A DNA stretch of 64,000 nucleotides from a candidate division FCPU426 bacterium (GTDB lineage Bacteria; Oederibacteriota; Muellerivitia; Muellerivitales; Muellerivitaceae). The DNA lies in the NCBI GenBank assembly GCA_963771075.1, contig CAVYSE010000006.1, positions 102,930-166,929 on the forward strand, in the 5' to 3' direction. This document shows, one piece after another, positions 38,411 to 47,480 of the stretch. Under the pieces are notes generated by a model, which made no database searches, was not told the origin of the DNA, and saw only the letters and a program-made list of their open reading frames with translations. Both the position numbers and the translations under genes were made by a program. Every line of letters begins with the position of its first letter. Within the stretch, counting starts at the first letter, position 1.

Positions 38411-38430
38411 TTACACGTAATTATGTGTAA
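38411..38430. promoter_or_regulatory. Putative TA operator palindrome
   Basis: TTACAC-GTAATTAT-GTGTAA just upstream of the antitoxin RBS. Confidence 0.55.
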
Positions 38431-38583
38431 CACGTGATAAGACTTTTTTCAAGTTCCAAACAAATGGTTAATGGATAGCATTCCATAATCCATTTGTTGT
38501 GACGGACGAATTATCCGTCCAATAGACAGGTGGGATAAGCTTTTGACAGGACGCGGGAGGAAAAATAAGTATTACTGCCTGTT

Positions 38584-38603
38584 CACGATGGGTCCCCGGC
38601 GTG
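38584..38603. repeat. att-like site, copy 3
   Basis: CACGATGGG-TC-CCCGGCGTG. Confidence 0.5.
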
Positions 38604-38698
38604 TCAAAAATAATAATGGACCGAGAAGTTCAGGATCACTGAATTACTGATCAGGGCTAAAGGGGCTCAAAACTTTAAGGAAGATCATCCGGAAAGCC

Positions 38699-38857
38699 AT
38701 GGAACAAGCCCGGGGTAACCAGACCCGGACAGCGGCAATCCTGGGCCTACACCGCAATACCTTGCTCTGGAAATTGAAGGATTTGAACCTCCAGGATGAT
38801 TACAGGAAGCTTGTGAAGGTCAGGCGGGAAAAGGGGATTGGGTTCCAGGGGCTTTGA
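38699..38857 (+). CDS. Minimal Fis-type HTH protein or remnant (52 aa, not in ORF track)
   Basis: (IIRKA)MEQARGNQTRTAAILGLHRNTLLWKLK fits the Fis/HTH_8 pattern. Confidence 0.65.
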   Translation: MEQARGNQTRTAAILGLHRNTLLWKLKDLNLQDDYRKLVKVRREKGIGFQGL

Positions 38858-39715
38858 TTATTTAGACTTTTGATCCCATAATAATTTCCATTCAGTATAG
38901 TTAAATTCATAAAGATCTTGAGATAAGCTCCAAACCATATCCAATAACATCCTTTCAACGTCATTAATAACGGACCCGCTCAAAATAACATTGGCAATAG
39001 TTCCCCGACCCTTATTACCCGTTGTTGATTCACACGCTCTCCGCCATTCGTACATGCTCTTTATACGTTCATTTAAATAGTCTTTTCCTCTAGGATCGCT
39101 CAATGTGGTTGACATGAAATGGGGTTGTTTAAAATATTTTGTTAATTCAGTCATGACATTCTTCAAACCTTCGATAAGAGTTCCATTAGCACCAAGAGTA
39201 TCAGCGGTACAACCCCTATCCCAAATAGGTTGGGCTATCGCGTAGAGTTTTCTTCGGCGAATTGGGATGTCCATTAATAATCTGGCGAGTTTGCCATCTT
39301 CAGTTTCCGCTAAAAGAAGCTTTTTGTGGCGTTCTCGTTCACTTTCGGCTACCCGTTCAATGAAGACTTTTGCTTCTTCGTAACTATCACCGAGTTTCAT
39401 GAATGCGTTGATTAAAAAATTGTCTTTTTGATCAGCGGTCATTGAAGAATGTTTTTTAGCAACCAAAAGAACCCAATCATTTCGATATAACCTAATTTGG
39501 GCGGCATTAAGATGGCGACCAAATAATTTTGTTTTGTTGTGACACTCCAAACAAAGGACAGCCAAATTATCATCATCGTTATTACCAGGGTCGTCATCAA
39601 TATGATGAATCTGTATGGTTTTATTTGGGGCTCTACAAAAACAACAAGTTCTATCTGAGTCAAATTGAACTTTTGCAGAAATGTGATTAGGTATCGGGAT
39701 TCTTTCTTTTTTCAT
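38858..39715 (-). CDS. HNH endonuclease-domain protein
   Basis: CCFC...IHHID...N...NLAVLCLECHN followed by a helical domain. Confidence 0.85.
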   Translation of the reverse strand: MKKERIPIPNHISAKVQFDSDRTCCFCRAPNKTIQIHHIDDDPGNNDDDNLAVLCLECHNKTKLFGRHLNAAQIRLYRNDWVLLVAKKHSSMTADQKDNFLINAFMKLGDSYEEAKVFIERVAESERERHKKLLLAETEDGKLARLLMDIPIRRRKLYAIAQPIWDRGCTADTLGANGTLIEGLKNVMTELTKYFKQPHFMSTTLSDPRGKDYLNERIKSMYEWRRACESTTGNKGRGTIANVILSGSVINDVERMLLDMVWSLSQDLYEFNYTEWKLLWDQKSK

Positions 39716-39728
39716 CTCAAAAACCTCG

Positions 39729-40010
39729 TTATTTCTTTTGCTTCATTTGGAGTTCAACAAATGCTTTTCTAATTTGTTCCAAAAAACCCGTTTCCTCAAA
39801 CGGTCCACAAAATATGTTCATGCCTCCTGGATATTTAATCCTAAAGCTTTCCAGCAAATTACGATTATAAATTTCACCCGGGTAAGTAATAAAAAACCAT
39901 CCAGCTCCCGCGAACAAACAAGAGCTTTTTTCTTCTGATGAACCTATATATGGTAAAGATAAGGGCCATAAAGGCGTATTCGTAGAGATTCTTTGAGGGT
40001 TTTCCGACAC
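39729..40010 (-). CDS. Hypothetical protein
   Basis: 93-aa ORF co-oriented between neighbours. Confidence 0.4.
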   Translation of the reverse strand: MSENPQRISTNTPLWPLSLPYIGSSEEKSSCLFAGAGWFFITYPGEIYNRNLLESFRIKYPGGMNIFCGPFEETGFLEQIRKAFVELQMKQKK

Positions 40011-40071
40011 TCTCTAGGTATTGGAATGCAAACCGGGGGCTAAATTCTCGGAACAATCAACTTATTCATTT

Positions 40072-40314
40072 TCAAGCTGGAACAGACCGCAATTTTTCAT
40101 AAACAGCATCAGGGGCTAAATCAGCTCCGTTGGGCCAGCAAATCGCGCCAAACTCATCGACGCTTACTTGGGCAAACAACTTTGTGTCTTTTAGCGGTTC
40201 AAAAACAGATCCGAATAATCGATCCTTCAACGAAATAACTCCTTTACTTCCATCGGCAAAAACCACTTCCAACCGATACTCGGCTAAGGGTTTAACGGAT
40301 TTAATTTTTTCCAT
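40072..40314 (-). CDS. DUF2442 family protein
   Basis: YRLEVVFADG...FEPLKD...F...V...I.WPNGADLAPD. Confidence 0.88.
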   Translation of the reverse strand: MEKIKSVKPLAEYRLEVVFADGSKGVISLKDRLFGSVFEPLKDTKLFAQVSVDEFGAICWPNGADLAPDAVYEKLRSVPA

Positions 40315-40318
40315 CTTC

Positions 40319-40579
40319 CTACTCCAACGGTGAAATTTTATTTAACGGTTCATGAGCCGATGCTAACTTCCAATCATCCATCAATTCTTCACGGTGCTCT
40401 GATGCCCATTCCAAAACCATCGCCTGGGCTCTTTGGGGTAGATGCCCAACAATAATTTTCAAGGTTTCTATTTCCACAACAATCATATCATCACCGTAAT
40501 AGGCATGGAAATGCGGCGGTCCATGATCATCGAAGTACATTCGAACAAATATCCCGAAAAACATGCTTATTGTTGGCAA
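40319..40579 (-). CDS. DUF4160 family protein (putative TA partner of DUF2442)
   Basis: PTISMFFGI...DHGPPHFHAYY...EWA; TTG start at 40579. Confidence 0.88.
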   Translation of the reverse strand: MPTISMFFGIFVRMYFDDHGPPHFHAYYGDDMIVVEIETLKIIVGHLPQRAQAMVLEWASEHREELMDDWKLASAHEPLNKISPLE

Positions 40580-40824
40580 TCTTGCTTCCCGATTCAAATC
40601 TTAAGATTATTAACTTTCATGACATCCCATCAAGAAAGGGATTATAGCTTCTTTCACTATTGTAAGAACCTTCAAAAAGACACGGCCCTCCACGCTTCCG
40701 CCTCGCGCGGGTGGAATTTGCGGTTATTTCCAAAAAATCTTAGATTTCCAAAACGAAATTTGTGATGTGCCGACCTTCCGTGAAGCATTAGGGCGAGGGG
40801 TTTTAGTCTTCCTTCGTGTTTTCT

Positions 40825-43095
40825 TTACGGAGTGGGTGCGATTAAAACAGTCATCATTCTCGATGGGCTTATGGGCCCGCTTTCGGGATCGGACTGGTTC
40901 TGCTCCGCCTTTTGCCAATCCGCTTGCCGGACGTAATACAGTGGATGCTTCCCCGGGGTAAGGCCTTGAAAGGCCTCCTGCAATTTTTTCCAATCCTGCG
41001 GATCACCCTTGTTTTCCCCAATTCCCCAAATCCGGTCGCCCAGGTTCACCTTGGTTTGGGAAGCCGGGCTGTTTTCCCAGAGGCCGTCCACCTGGTTTCC
41101 CCGGTCCAGCCAAAAGCCCAGGAATAAGTAGGGGATGCCGGCGATGGGCGCGTTCTTCCCGCCGGTGGTTGATCGAATCTTGAATTCCACCGCGCTCACG
41201 AGGTGCCGGATGCCGTCGGCACTGCTTTGGAAGGTCAGGGGCCGCTTGAGGCCTGAAACCAAGAGAGTGCATTGGTAGAAGCCCTTGGGCGCGTTGGATG
41301 CGACATCAATTTGGGAGCAATGGATCGCTTTAACGTCCTCCCAATAAAACTCGCATTTCGAGTTGTCCCCCAGCAGGTTGCCAAAGGTACCCGCAAAGCC
41401 CAGGCTTAAGCCGGATGGGTTCGGCGATGCCGACTGCAGTCTTTGCCGGTCATGCCCCCAAAAGACGGTGTACTTTTCCGAGTCTTGCATATCCGCCAAA
41501 CGACGGTCGGCCATATCCAAGGTGATGGCAGGGTCAGGCTGGATGTCGCAGTTTTTGATGTGGAAGGGCTGGGGCAAACAGGCGATTTCGTCTTCTAAAT
41601 TGGTCCGGTCTTCTAGCGAAGAATCCCAAGGCATCGGCCCGGATGGGACGGGATTGGATTCGAGGTTCGCTTTCGGGGATTCGGGAACGGTGGCAGCCGA
41701 TGGGGCGACTGAATACGAGGATCGGGGCAGGGATTTCGAGGTTAATTTCTTTTTGTTGCCTCTCGAAACAGGTTTAACAGGGGTTGGGTTAGTGATTGGT
41801 ATAGAGATAACGGGTGTCGGCGAAGAGGCTTCGGTTACCTTAGGTTGTTCACTCTTCCCCAGGGCCAACCTGGTCGGAAAGTATCCAATCCAGAGGCTTT
41901 TAAACCACCAGACTGCCACTAAAAGAGCGCCAATGATGATGATTTGAAAGATACCAGGCCTGAAAACTTTATAGATAAGCCTCAAGAGTAAAAGCCCCAG
42001 GACCACTGCCGCCCAGGTGTTCCGAAGGGTATAACCTAAGGCCAATAAAAATAACCGGCCCAGAAGGTTGAAGCCGGACCCGATCAGTCCATCCAACAAG
42101 GGTCCAATGATAGGGATGAAGTGGGTGATAAAGCCAAGCAAGGTTGAATAGACGGCGAATATTGTAAACCCGTAAATAAACCAATAGGCCAAGGACTTAA
42201 GGGGGTTGGCCCCTCGACGTTTCTTCGATTTACCAACCAGCCTATGCGCTACGCTCTTCCCGACCTCTTTTATATAACGATGTAAATATTGAAATCCTTC
42301 TCTAAATCCTGTAATTAGCACACGGTTTAAATTCTTAGACTTAACTTTAGACTTCTTACTTGTTTGTTTTACGGTCTTTTTACGCTTGCTAGGTATGGAT
42401 TTAAACTGATTAAGAAAGGCATCTAATTTTTGCCCCAGGGTGGTTCCTTTCCCCTGAGGCAGCTTATGTGTGCGATTAACTTCTTGTTCTTCAGCTATAT
42501 TTTCTTCTGGCAGGTCATTGGAATCCTTGATTTCAGGTTCATTTACGCCGGGCGAGGTCAAATTTGGGGTTTCTGAACCCGGGTTGGGATGATCCCCTGC
42601 CTTGGTTATGGATTGGGTGTGAGATGGGTCAAAATCCTTAGCAGATTTGCCTGAAATGACCCAAGCCACTAGGTTTGATATTTGTTTAGTGCGAAAGCGG
42701 TGGCTGATGACTTCATCCAGAACCTCATGGACCGCCTTGGGAAGATCCGGGACATTTCCCTTTAGCTTGGTTAAGGCAAGGGCACAATTTAGGGAGAGGA
42801 TATAACCTGGATGGGCTTCGACTTCTTGGGTGACAGCCACGGGCTGTGAAGCACTTTCTGGCAATGCCTGTTGTTTGTGGGATAGGGCCGCCCGACGGAT
42901 CTTGTCGATGGCTTCGGGGTCTAAAATGGCCCTAATGAGCATTAAATTGCCAAGATTACCCTTACTAATGCCAAGGGTTTTAGCAAGAACGGCGTAATTG
43001 GCATTGGGTGCCTTGATAACTTCAATTTCTAATTGGGCCAGGCGGTCCAGCCAACCCAAGGATTCCTTCTTAAATTCACCCATGGATACCCCCAT
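40825..43095 (-). CDS. Membrane protein: ParB/Spo0J-like HTH, ~4 TMs, Pro/Ser/Thr linker, C-terminal PDZ-like domain
   Basis: YAVLAKTLGISKGNLGNL, LSLNCALAL, RTKQISNLV; hydrophobic block ~aa 300-405; FLGF...NSPASQTKVNLGDRIWGI. Confidence 0.6.
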   Translation of the reverse strand: MGVSMGEFKKESLGWLDRLAQLEIEVIKAPNANYAVLAKTLGISKGNLGNLMLIRAILDPEAIDKIRRAALSHKQQALPESASQPVAVTQEVEAHPGYILSLNCALALTKLKGNVPDLPKAVHEVLDEVISHRFRTKQISNLVAWVISGKSAKDFDPSHTQSITKAGDHPNPGSETPNLTSPGVNEPEIKDSNDLPEENIAEEQEVNRTHKLPQGKGTTLGQKLDAFLNQFKSIPSKRKKTVKQTSKKSKVKSKNLNRVLITGFREGFQYLHRYIKEVGKSVAHRLVGKSKKRRGANPLKSLAYWFIYGFTIFAVYSTLLGFITHFIPIIGPLLDGLIGSGFNLLGRLFLLALGYTLRNTWAAVVLGLLLLRLIYKVFRPGIFQIIIIGALLVAVWWFKSLWIGYFPTRLALGKSEQPKVTEASSPTPVISIPITNPTPVKPVSRGNKKKLTSKSLPRSSYSVAPSAATVPESPKANLESNPVPSGPMPWDSSLEDRTNLEDEIACLPQPFHIKNCDIQPDPAITLDMADRRLADMQDSEKYTVFWGHDRQRLQSASPNPSGLSLGFAGTFGNLLGDNSKCEFYWEDVKAIHCSQIDVASNAPKGFYQCTLLVSGLKRPLTFQSSADGIRHLVSAVEFKIRSTTGGKNAPIAGIPYLFLGFWLDRGNQVDGLWENSPASQTKVNLGDRIWGIGENKGDPQDWKKLQEAFQGLTPGKHPLYYVRQADWQKAEQNQSDPESGPISPSRMMTVLIAPTP

Positions 43096-43133
43096 GGTTC
43101 AAAGTTAAATAGACGGTATTTTCTAACCCAACT

Positions 43134-43399
43134 CTTCAAACAAAAATATGATTTAAATCAATAAACGGATACCTATGTCCAATAGTCTTGCGGTTCCGTC
43201 CAATAGAGTATTACCGCCCATCCAATAGATAAGTTTAATTGTCCAATAGATAATAGGATTCTGTTCAATAGGCCTGTCACGCTATCCAATAAAATATTGC
43301 CATATGTCCAATAGTTAGATGGAGTTGTCCAATAAGTAATGAATGCCCGTCCAATAAGCGGAGCCTGCGTGCAAAAACAAATAGCTCTCAGTTCAATAG
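43134..43399. repeat. Phased array of 9-bp motif RTYCAATAR with alternating 12/13-nt variable spacers
   Basis: TYCAATA cores at 43178, 43199, 43221, 43242, 43264, 43285, 43307, 43328, 43350, 43392; degenerate in-phase copies at 43135, 43157, ~43370. Confidence 0.9.
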
Positions 43400-43574
43400 G
43401 CGATAACCAAGGCTTCATATTCCAACGAAAGCGTCCATCCAATCCAATTGAATTCGCCCACTAAATCCAATCCAAAGCGCCCACCCTGTGTTACCGGACC
43501 AATTTTGGCATGCTTATCCGAACAGCGCCCGTTGGTTCATGGACTTTTGTATTCATCCGCAGGCCATACACTGT

Positions 43575-43760
43575 TCTCCCCTTCTGAAAGAGGGGGAAAA
43601 AGGGGGAGTTAGCTTCTCCGCCAATTCAACCGTAACGGCTAATACCCCCCTTCCCCCCTTTTTCACCCCCATTTCACCATTAAGTATTAAAAAATGTAAA
43701 TGGGGACGTCCCCATGCCCCATGTCATTCTTTCAAATGGGGCATGGGGGAAGGGGGGGAA
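43575..43760. repeat. G/C-tract-rich nested inverted repeats
   Basis: CCCCATGCCCCAT (43710) / ATGGGGCATGGGG (43736); G-tracts at 43592-43606 and 43745-43758 complementary to C-tracts at 43645-43658. Confidence 0.7.
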
Positions 43761-43841
43761 ATTAAAAAAGCCGTTATCGCACAACTAGCGGGCGCTCTTC
43801 GGATAAGCATGAAAAAGGACTCTTGCCAAGGGGCCAGGCCC

Positions 43842-45068
43842 TTATCTCACGAGCAAAACCTTCCGCCAGTTCGTTTTTTGGGGGGTCTGCAGGTAGATCA
43901 GGTAGACCCCGCTGGCACAAAGATCGCCACTAAAGTTGGTGCCGTCCCAAGTAAAGCCCTGGTGGACAGGCGCTGTCAGGTTGCCATCCTGTAGGGTCTT
44001 TATCGATTCCCCAGCGCTGTTGTAGACCTTCAGAATGTATTTGCCTGAACCCTGGCAAGAGTCCACAAGTAAAGAGACCGGACCCTGAGATGGAATGAAA
44101 AGGTTCTTGGAAACGGTGAAACCGTCGCAGGGTTGGGGGGTGGCATTAGGGGTTGGACTGGCTGTGGGGGTCAGGGTGGCGATGGGAGTCGGGCTGGCGG
44201 TGGGTGTGGGGGTAAAGGTGGCGCAGGTGTTGTAGGCCCCGTTCCCGCCCGGGTTGCCGCCGGAAACTCCGGCCCCGCCCGCGACTGAATAGGTGCCGGT
44301 TCCCGTCATGGGTAATAGGGTTGAACAGAGCAAGATTAAGCCACCGCCGCCACCGCCGTCACCGCCACCATCATTGCCATTATGATTCCCGGCAGCCCCG
44401 GCGGCGTTCAAGAAACCGTTGAAGGTGATGGATTGGGCGCTAATGGATATCGTACCGCCAGCCCCGCCCCCCCCGCCGTCGTCAAAAGAAATGTCTCCCC
44501 AGTTGCCCCAGGAGCCCGCGCCCATGTCGATCATTCCATTGATCAGGACTGAACCGGAGGGGGCGGTCAAGATAAAAGCTCCACCACCTGGGTAGGGGGT
44601 GGAACAATATGGGAGTGATGTAGAGAGAGTGCAATAACGGCCTCCTGGACTCCCTGGAAGAACCGGGGCCAGCGGGTTGTCGTAGGCTGAGCCACCGCTA
44701 TAGAATCCACAACTTCCACCCGCCCCGCCGTGGCCGCCGCCACTGGACCCACTCCCACCCAACCCAGCCCCTGGGGCTGTCCACAAGTTCAAACCTTCAG
44801 CCCCATAACCATTACTGTTGCCTTCCACCATGCCCTCAATGTCCGTGTTGCCGGTCACGGTCAAGGTCACGGCGCCACCGATGAAGAGCGTGGCCCCGGC
44901 CGAGACCGTGATGGAACAATAGGTGACGGCGGTACTGACCAAGGTCGCCGGTGCGCTGGGAGAAACATTCAGGGCGCAGGCCTGGGAATGAAGGTCAAGG
45001 GGGCAGAAAGAGAACAAGACACCGAAGAGTAAAAGCCGGGTAAAGCCTGAAAAATAGTGAAATCTCAT
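43842..45068 (-). CDS. Secreted Gly-rich protein with TP linker and C-terminal FlgD-Ig-like domain
   Basis: Signal peptide, GGGHGGAGG / GGGAGGTI repeats, TPTPT, LKVYNSAGE..K...WDGTN...ASGVY. Confidence 0.8.
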   Translation of the reverse strand: MRFHYFSGFTRLLLFGVLFSFCPLDLHSQACALNVSPSAPATLVSTAVTYCSITVSAGATLFIGGAVTLTVTGNTDIEGMVEGNSNGYGAEGLNLWTAPGAGLGGSGSSGGGHGGAGGSCGFYSGGSAYDNPLAPVLPGSPGGRYCTLSTSLPYCSTPYPGGGAFILTAPSGSVLINGMIDMGAGSWGNWGDISFDDGGGGGAGGTISISAQSITFNGFLNAAGAAGNHNGNDGGGDGGGGGGLILLCSTLLPMTGTGTYSVAGGAGVSGGNPGGNGAYNTCATFTPTPTASPTPIATLTPTASPTPNATPQPCDGFTVSKNLFIPSQGPVSLLVDSCQGSGKYILKVYNSAGESIKTLQDGNLTAPVHQGFTWDGTNFSGDLCASGVYLIYLQTPQKTNWRKVLLVR

Positions 45069-45253
45069 TGGGCCACAGCCGATAGAACGGAATTTTATAA
45101 CGGAAAAACTATACCACTGGGGCAAGGGAAAACCAAACGACCTATACGAGGAGCGACCTATCTAGTCGTTGTGGTGGGCCTGGGGCCTTATTTATTGTGG
45201 CGAATCAATTGTTGAGACTTGAATAATTGGCCAACCCAAGTTCTTCCCAATGT

Positions 45254-46177
45254 TTACCCTCTTGAACCCTTTAAAACATCCGCTAAAAGTTTGCGGCTGA
45301 AAGCTTCTTCACGAAATGGAAAAAGTGTCGCGTTAGGTGTAAAAGTGAATTCACTAAAATAAACCCCATCCGGTAAATCGTATAAATCCACACGAACGAA
45401 ATCGAAAGGCTTTGAGAGTTCTGAAGCGCGTTGAAGCATCTCATCCCAATGTGAAGGTTTATTTGGCAAAGGATCGGGCATTTTGTGGATATTCGGGATG
45501 GGTATAGGTTCGTGTTCGGGAACGGTAAAAAGGGCCTGGCGGTGGTCAGCAAACCTTCCCTCGTCATATTGGAAGAAGAGAACCTTTCCACGGGAGGAAT
45601 AAAAACGGAAATCAGGAGGCGGTTGAAATCCGCCCCCTTTGGGTTCAGACAAAACTTCGGCAGGAAGACATTCCTCGATGATGACTTTCGGTGTCAAACC
45701 CAGGTACTGGGCCTCGTATTCACGAAAAAAGTAATTGGATTCGGCTATTTGGAACAGGACACCCGTTTGCTGGACAATGGAATTGATGTCCCCGCTTCCC
45801 AAAAATACTGTCCCACCGGAAGCGTGGGAGGGTTTGGCGACAAGGTTTTTTCCAATGAAGGGATACAAGAAACGTCCCAATTGGTCGAGGGTAGTGGTGG
45901 GCTCAATCGCTAGGACCGATATCGTTCGGGCGGTCTTCACCCCCGGAGAAAGACTAACCGCGACCTGCTTCGCGGTTTCCTTGTCGACACAGGTTCGTTC
46001 AAAAGGCGTAAAAGGGCCGGTCATTCGATTGAACACATAATCTTCAAAGGTAGCCCGCCTCGAAGCGGGTTTGCGTGGCCACCGGTTATGTTTTTGAATG
46101 AATTTAGGGATAGCCAAAAGCTTTATGGTCCAATGATTTCCACGCAATGCAAAAAAACATAAAATTTTATTCGTCAA
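45254..46177 (-). CDS. TupA-like ATP-grasp protein
   Basis: VDK, KPSHASG, IIEE, DFRF, FDFVRVDLY...YFSEFTFTP. Confidence 0.85.
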   Translation of the reverse strand: MTNKILCFFALRGNHWTIKLLAIPKFIQKHNRWPRKPASRRATFEDYVFNRMTGPFTPFERTCVDKETAKQVAVSLSPGVKTARTISVLAIEPTTTLDQLGRFLYPFIGKNLVAKPSHASGGTVFLGSGDINSIVQQTGVLFQIAESNYFFREYEAQYLGLTPKVIIEECLPAEVLSEPKGGGFQPPPDFRFYSSRGKVLFFQYDEGRFADHRQALFTVPEHEPIPIPNIHKMPDPLPNKPSHWDEMLQRASELSKPFDFVRVDLYDLPDGVYFSEFTFTPNATLFPFREEAFSRKLLADVLKGSRG

Positions 46178-46247
46178 AATTTACAACCGCCTTCCAATCG
46201 CAGAAAGGTTCCGAATCATTATTTGTCAAAAGAAAGTTGGCGACTAT

Positions 46248-47150
46248 TTATGCGTCCGCGAGGATTTTTTTAACCGGTTGTGTTGAAGAATCCGTTTGAT
46301 CCGATCCACCGGGGGCATAGACCCTCATCTGAAAATTATTTTTACCGTTCATTTTGACCTGGTACATCAACATATCCGCTTCATGCAGGGCTTCTTTGAC
46401 TGCCGGAGGGGCTTCCTGGAAAGTGACCGAGCCCACACTGCTAGAGATGGGTACTTCGCATTTCCCCAAAACACGGTTCAATTTTTCGTGAAATTGGGGG
46501 ACTTCCGTTTTGGCTTTTTCAAACGAAAAATCGGGTAAAAAAATTGCGAACTCGTCCCCGCCAATCCGGGCCCGGAGATCGTCCTTGCGGAAATGACCGG
46601 CGATAAATTTCCCGACTTGTTTCAAAACATCGCTTCCGGCGTTATGGCCTAGTGTGTCGTTCACCGTTTTAAAATCATCCAGATCGATATAGATGATCGT
46701 GAAGGGCCGACCAACGCGGGCGGAAACCTTGAGTTCCCTGTGGGCGTCCCTCAAAAAAGAGCTCGAATTAAGGAGGTTCGTCAGCCCATCGAGGTCAGCC
46801 CTTGCGGTCACATGTTCCAGGTGTTTTTTCAGCAGGTTGAGGACAACGGAAAATGCCGCCAGGAAGACCAGGTTGGCCAGCGCATTAAACAGCTGGACCG
46901 CCGTCGGGTGGGTGATGGCGGGCTGGATGTTGACGAATAAAATGACAATTGTGCAAAAGACGGAGTAACCCAGTCCCGGTATCAGCCCTGAATTCCAGAC
47001 GATTAAAAAAACAGGTATCAGGTGGAAAAAAGAAACATTCAGTTCCGGCCCTGACCGGTAATCGATATATTCGTCCAAGAGAAACAGGAACGTCGCCAAG
47101 GAATAGATGGTTAATTTCGACTGCTTGTAGATCCAATGTCCGATATTCAT
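46248..47150 (-). CDS. Membrane diguanylate cyclase (GGDEF)
   Basis: TM N-terminus, DGLTNLLN, DLDDFKTVNDTLGH, RIGGDEF; GGAGG RBS before ATG 47150. Confidence 0.93.
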   Translation of the reverse strand: MNIGHWIYKQSKLTIYSLATFLFLLDEYIDYRSGPELNVSFFHLIPVFLIVWNSGLIPGLGYSVFCTIVILFVNIQPAITHPTAVQLFNALANLVFLAAFSVVLNLLKKHLEHVTARADLDGLTNLLNSSSFLRDAHRELKVSARVGRPFTIIYIDLDDFKTVNDTLGHNAGSDVLKQVGKFIAGHFRKDDLRARIGGDEFAIFLPDFSFEKAKTEVPQFHEKLNRVLGKCEVPISSSVGSVTFQEAPPAVKEALHEADMLMYQVKMNGKNNFQMRVYAPGGSDQTDSSTQPVKKILADA

Positions 47151-47480
47151 GAAACCCTCCTCGTCCCAGGGCGGGAAAAACCGTCCTTTTTGGGATGAAC
47201 TCACTTTTAATCCAGGGAAGTAAGAGGGGAAAAAATCCAAACGGAATCTTCTCCCCTTGGCTTCATCATATCACCGGTTTTACGGCCTCTACCCCAATGC
47301 GGTGAGCGAATAAAGTAACCTCAACGTAACTTGCCCTGGAATTCTTATCCAAAGCCAATTCTGAAAGACCGTCCTCTTAAGCACTTAAATGGGTTTGATG
47401 TGGGTTCGGTTGGCTAATCCGGCATTCTGGAAGATGAAGATTCATACCCAATTTCCTACAAGCGGGGAGATTGGATGTTT

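Noticed and set aside
43134..43399. CRISPR array or coding repeat (ORF 43173-43442)
   Set aside because: The 9-bp repeat and 12-13-nt spacers are far below CRISPR sizes and no cas genes are present. The alternating 21/22 period breaks codon phase, so the 89-aa ORF is probably incidental.
43488..43994. 168-aa + strand ORF over the G/C-tract block
   Set aside because: Low-complexity translation of inverted repeats that overlaps the convergent gene; no start context.
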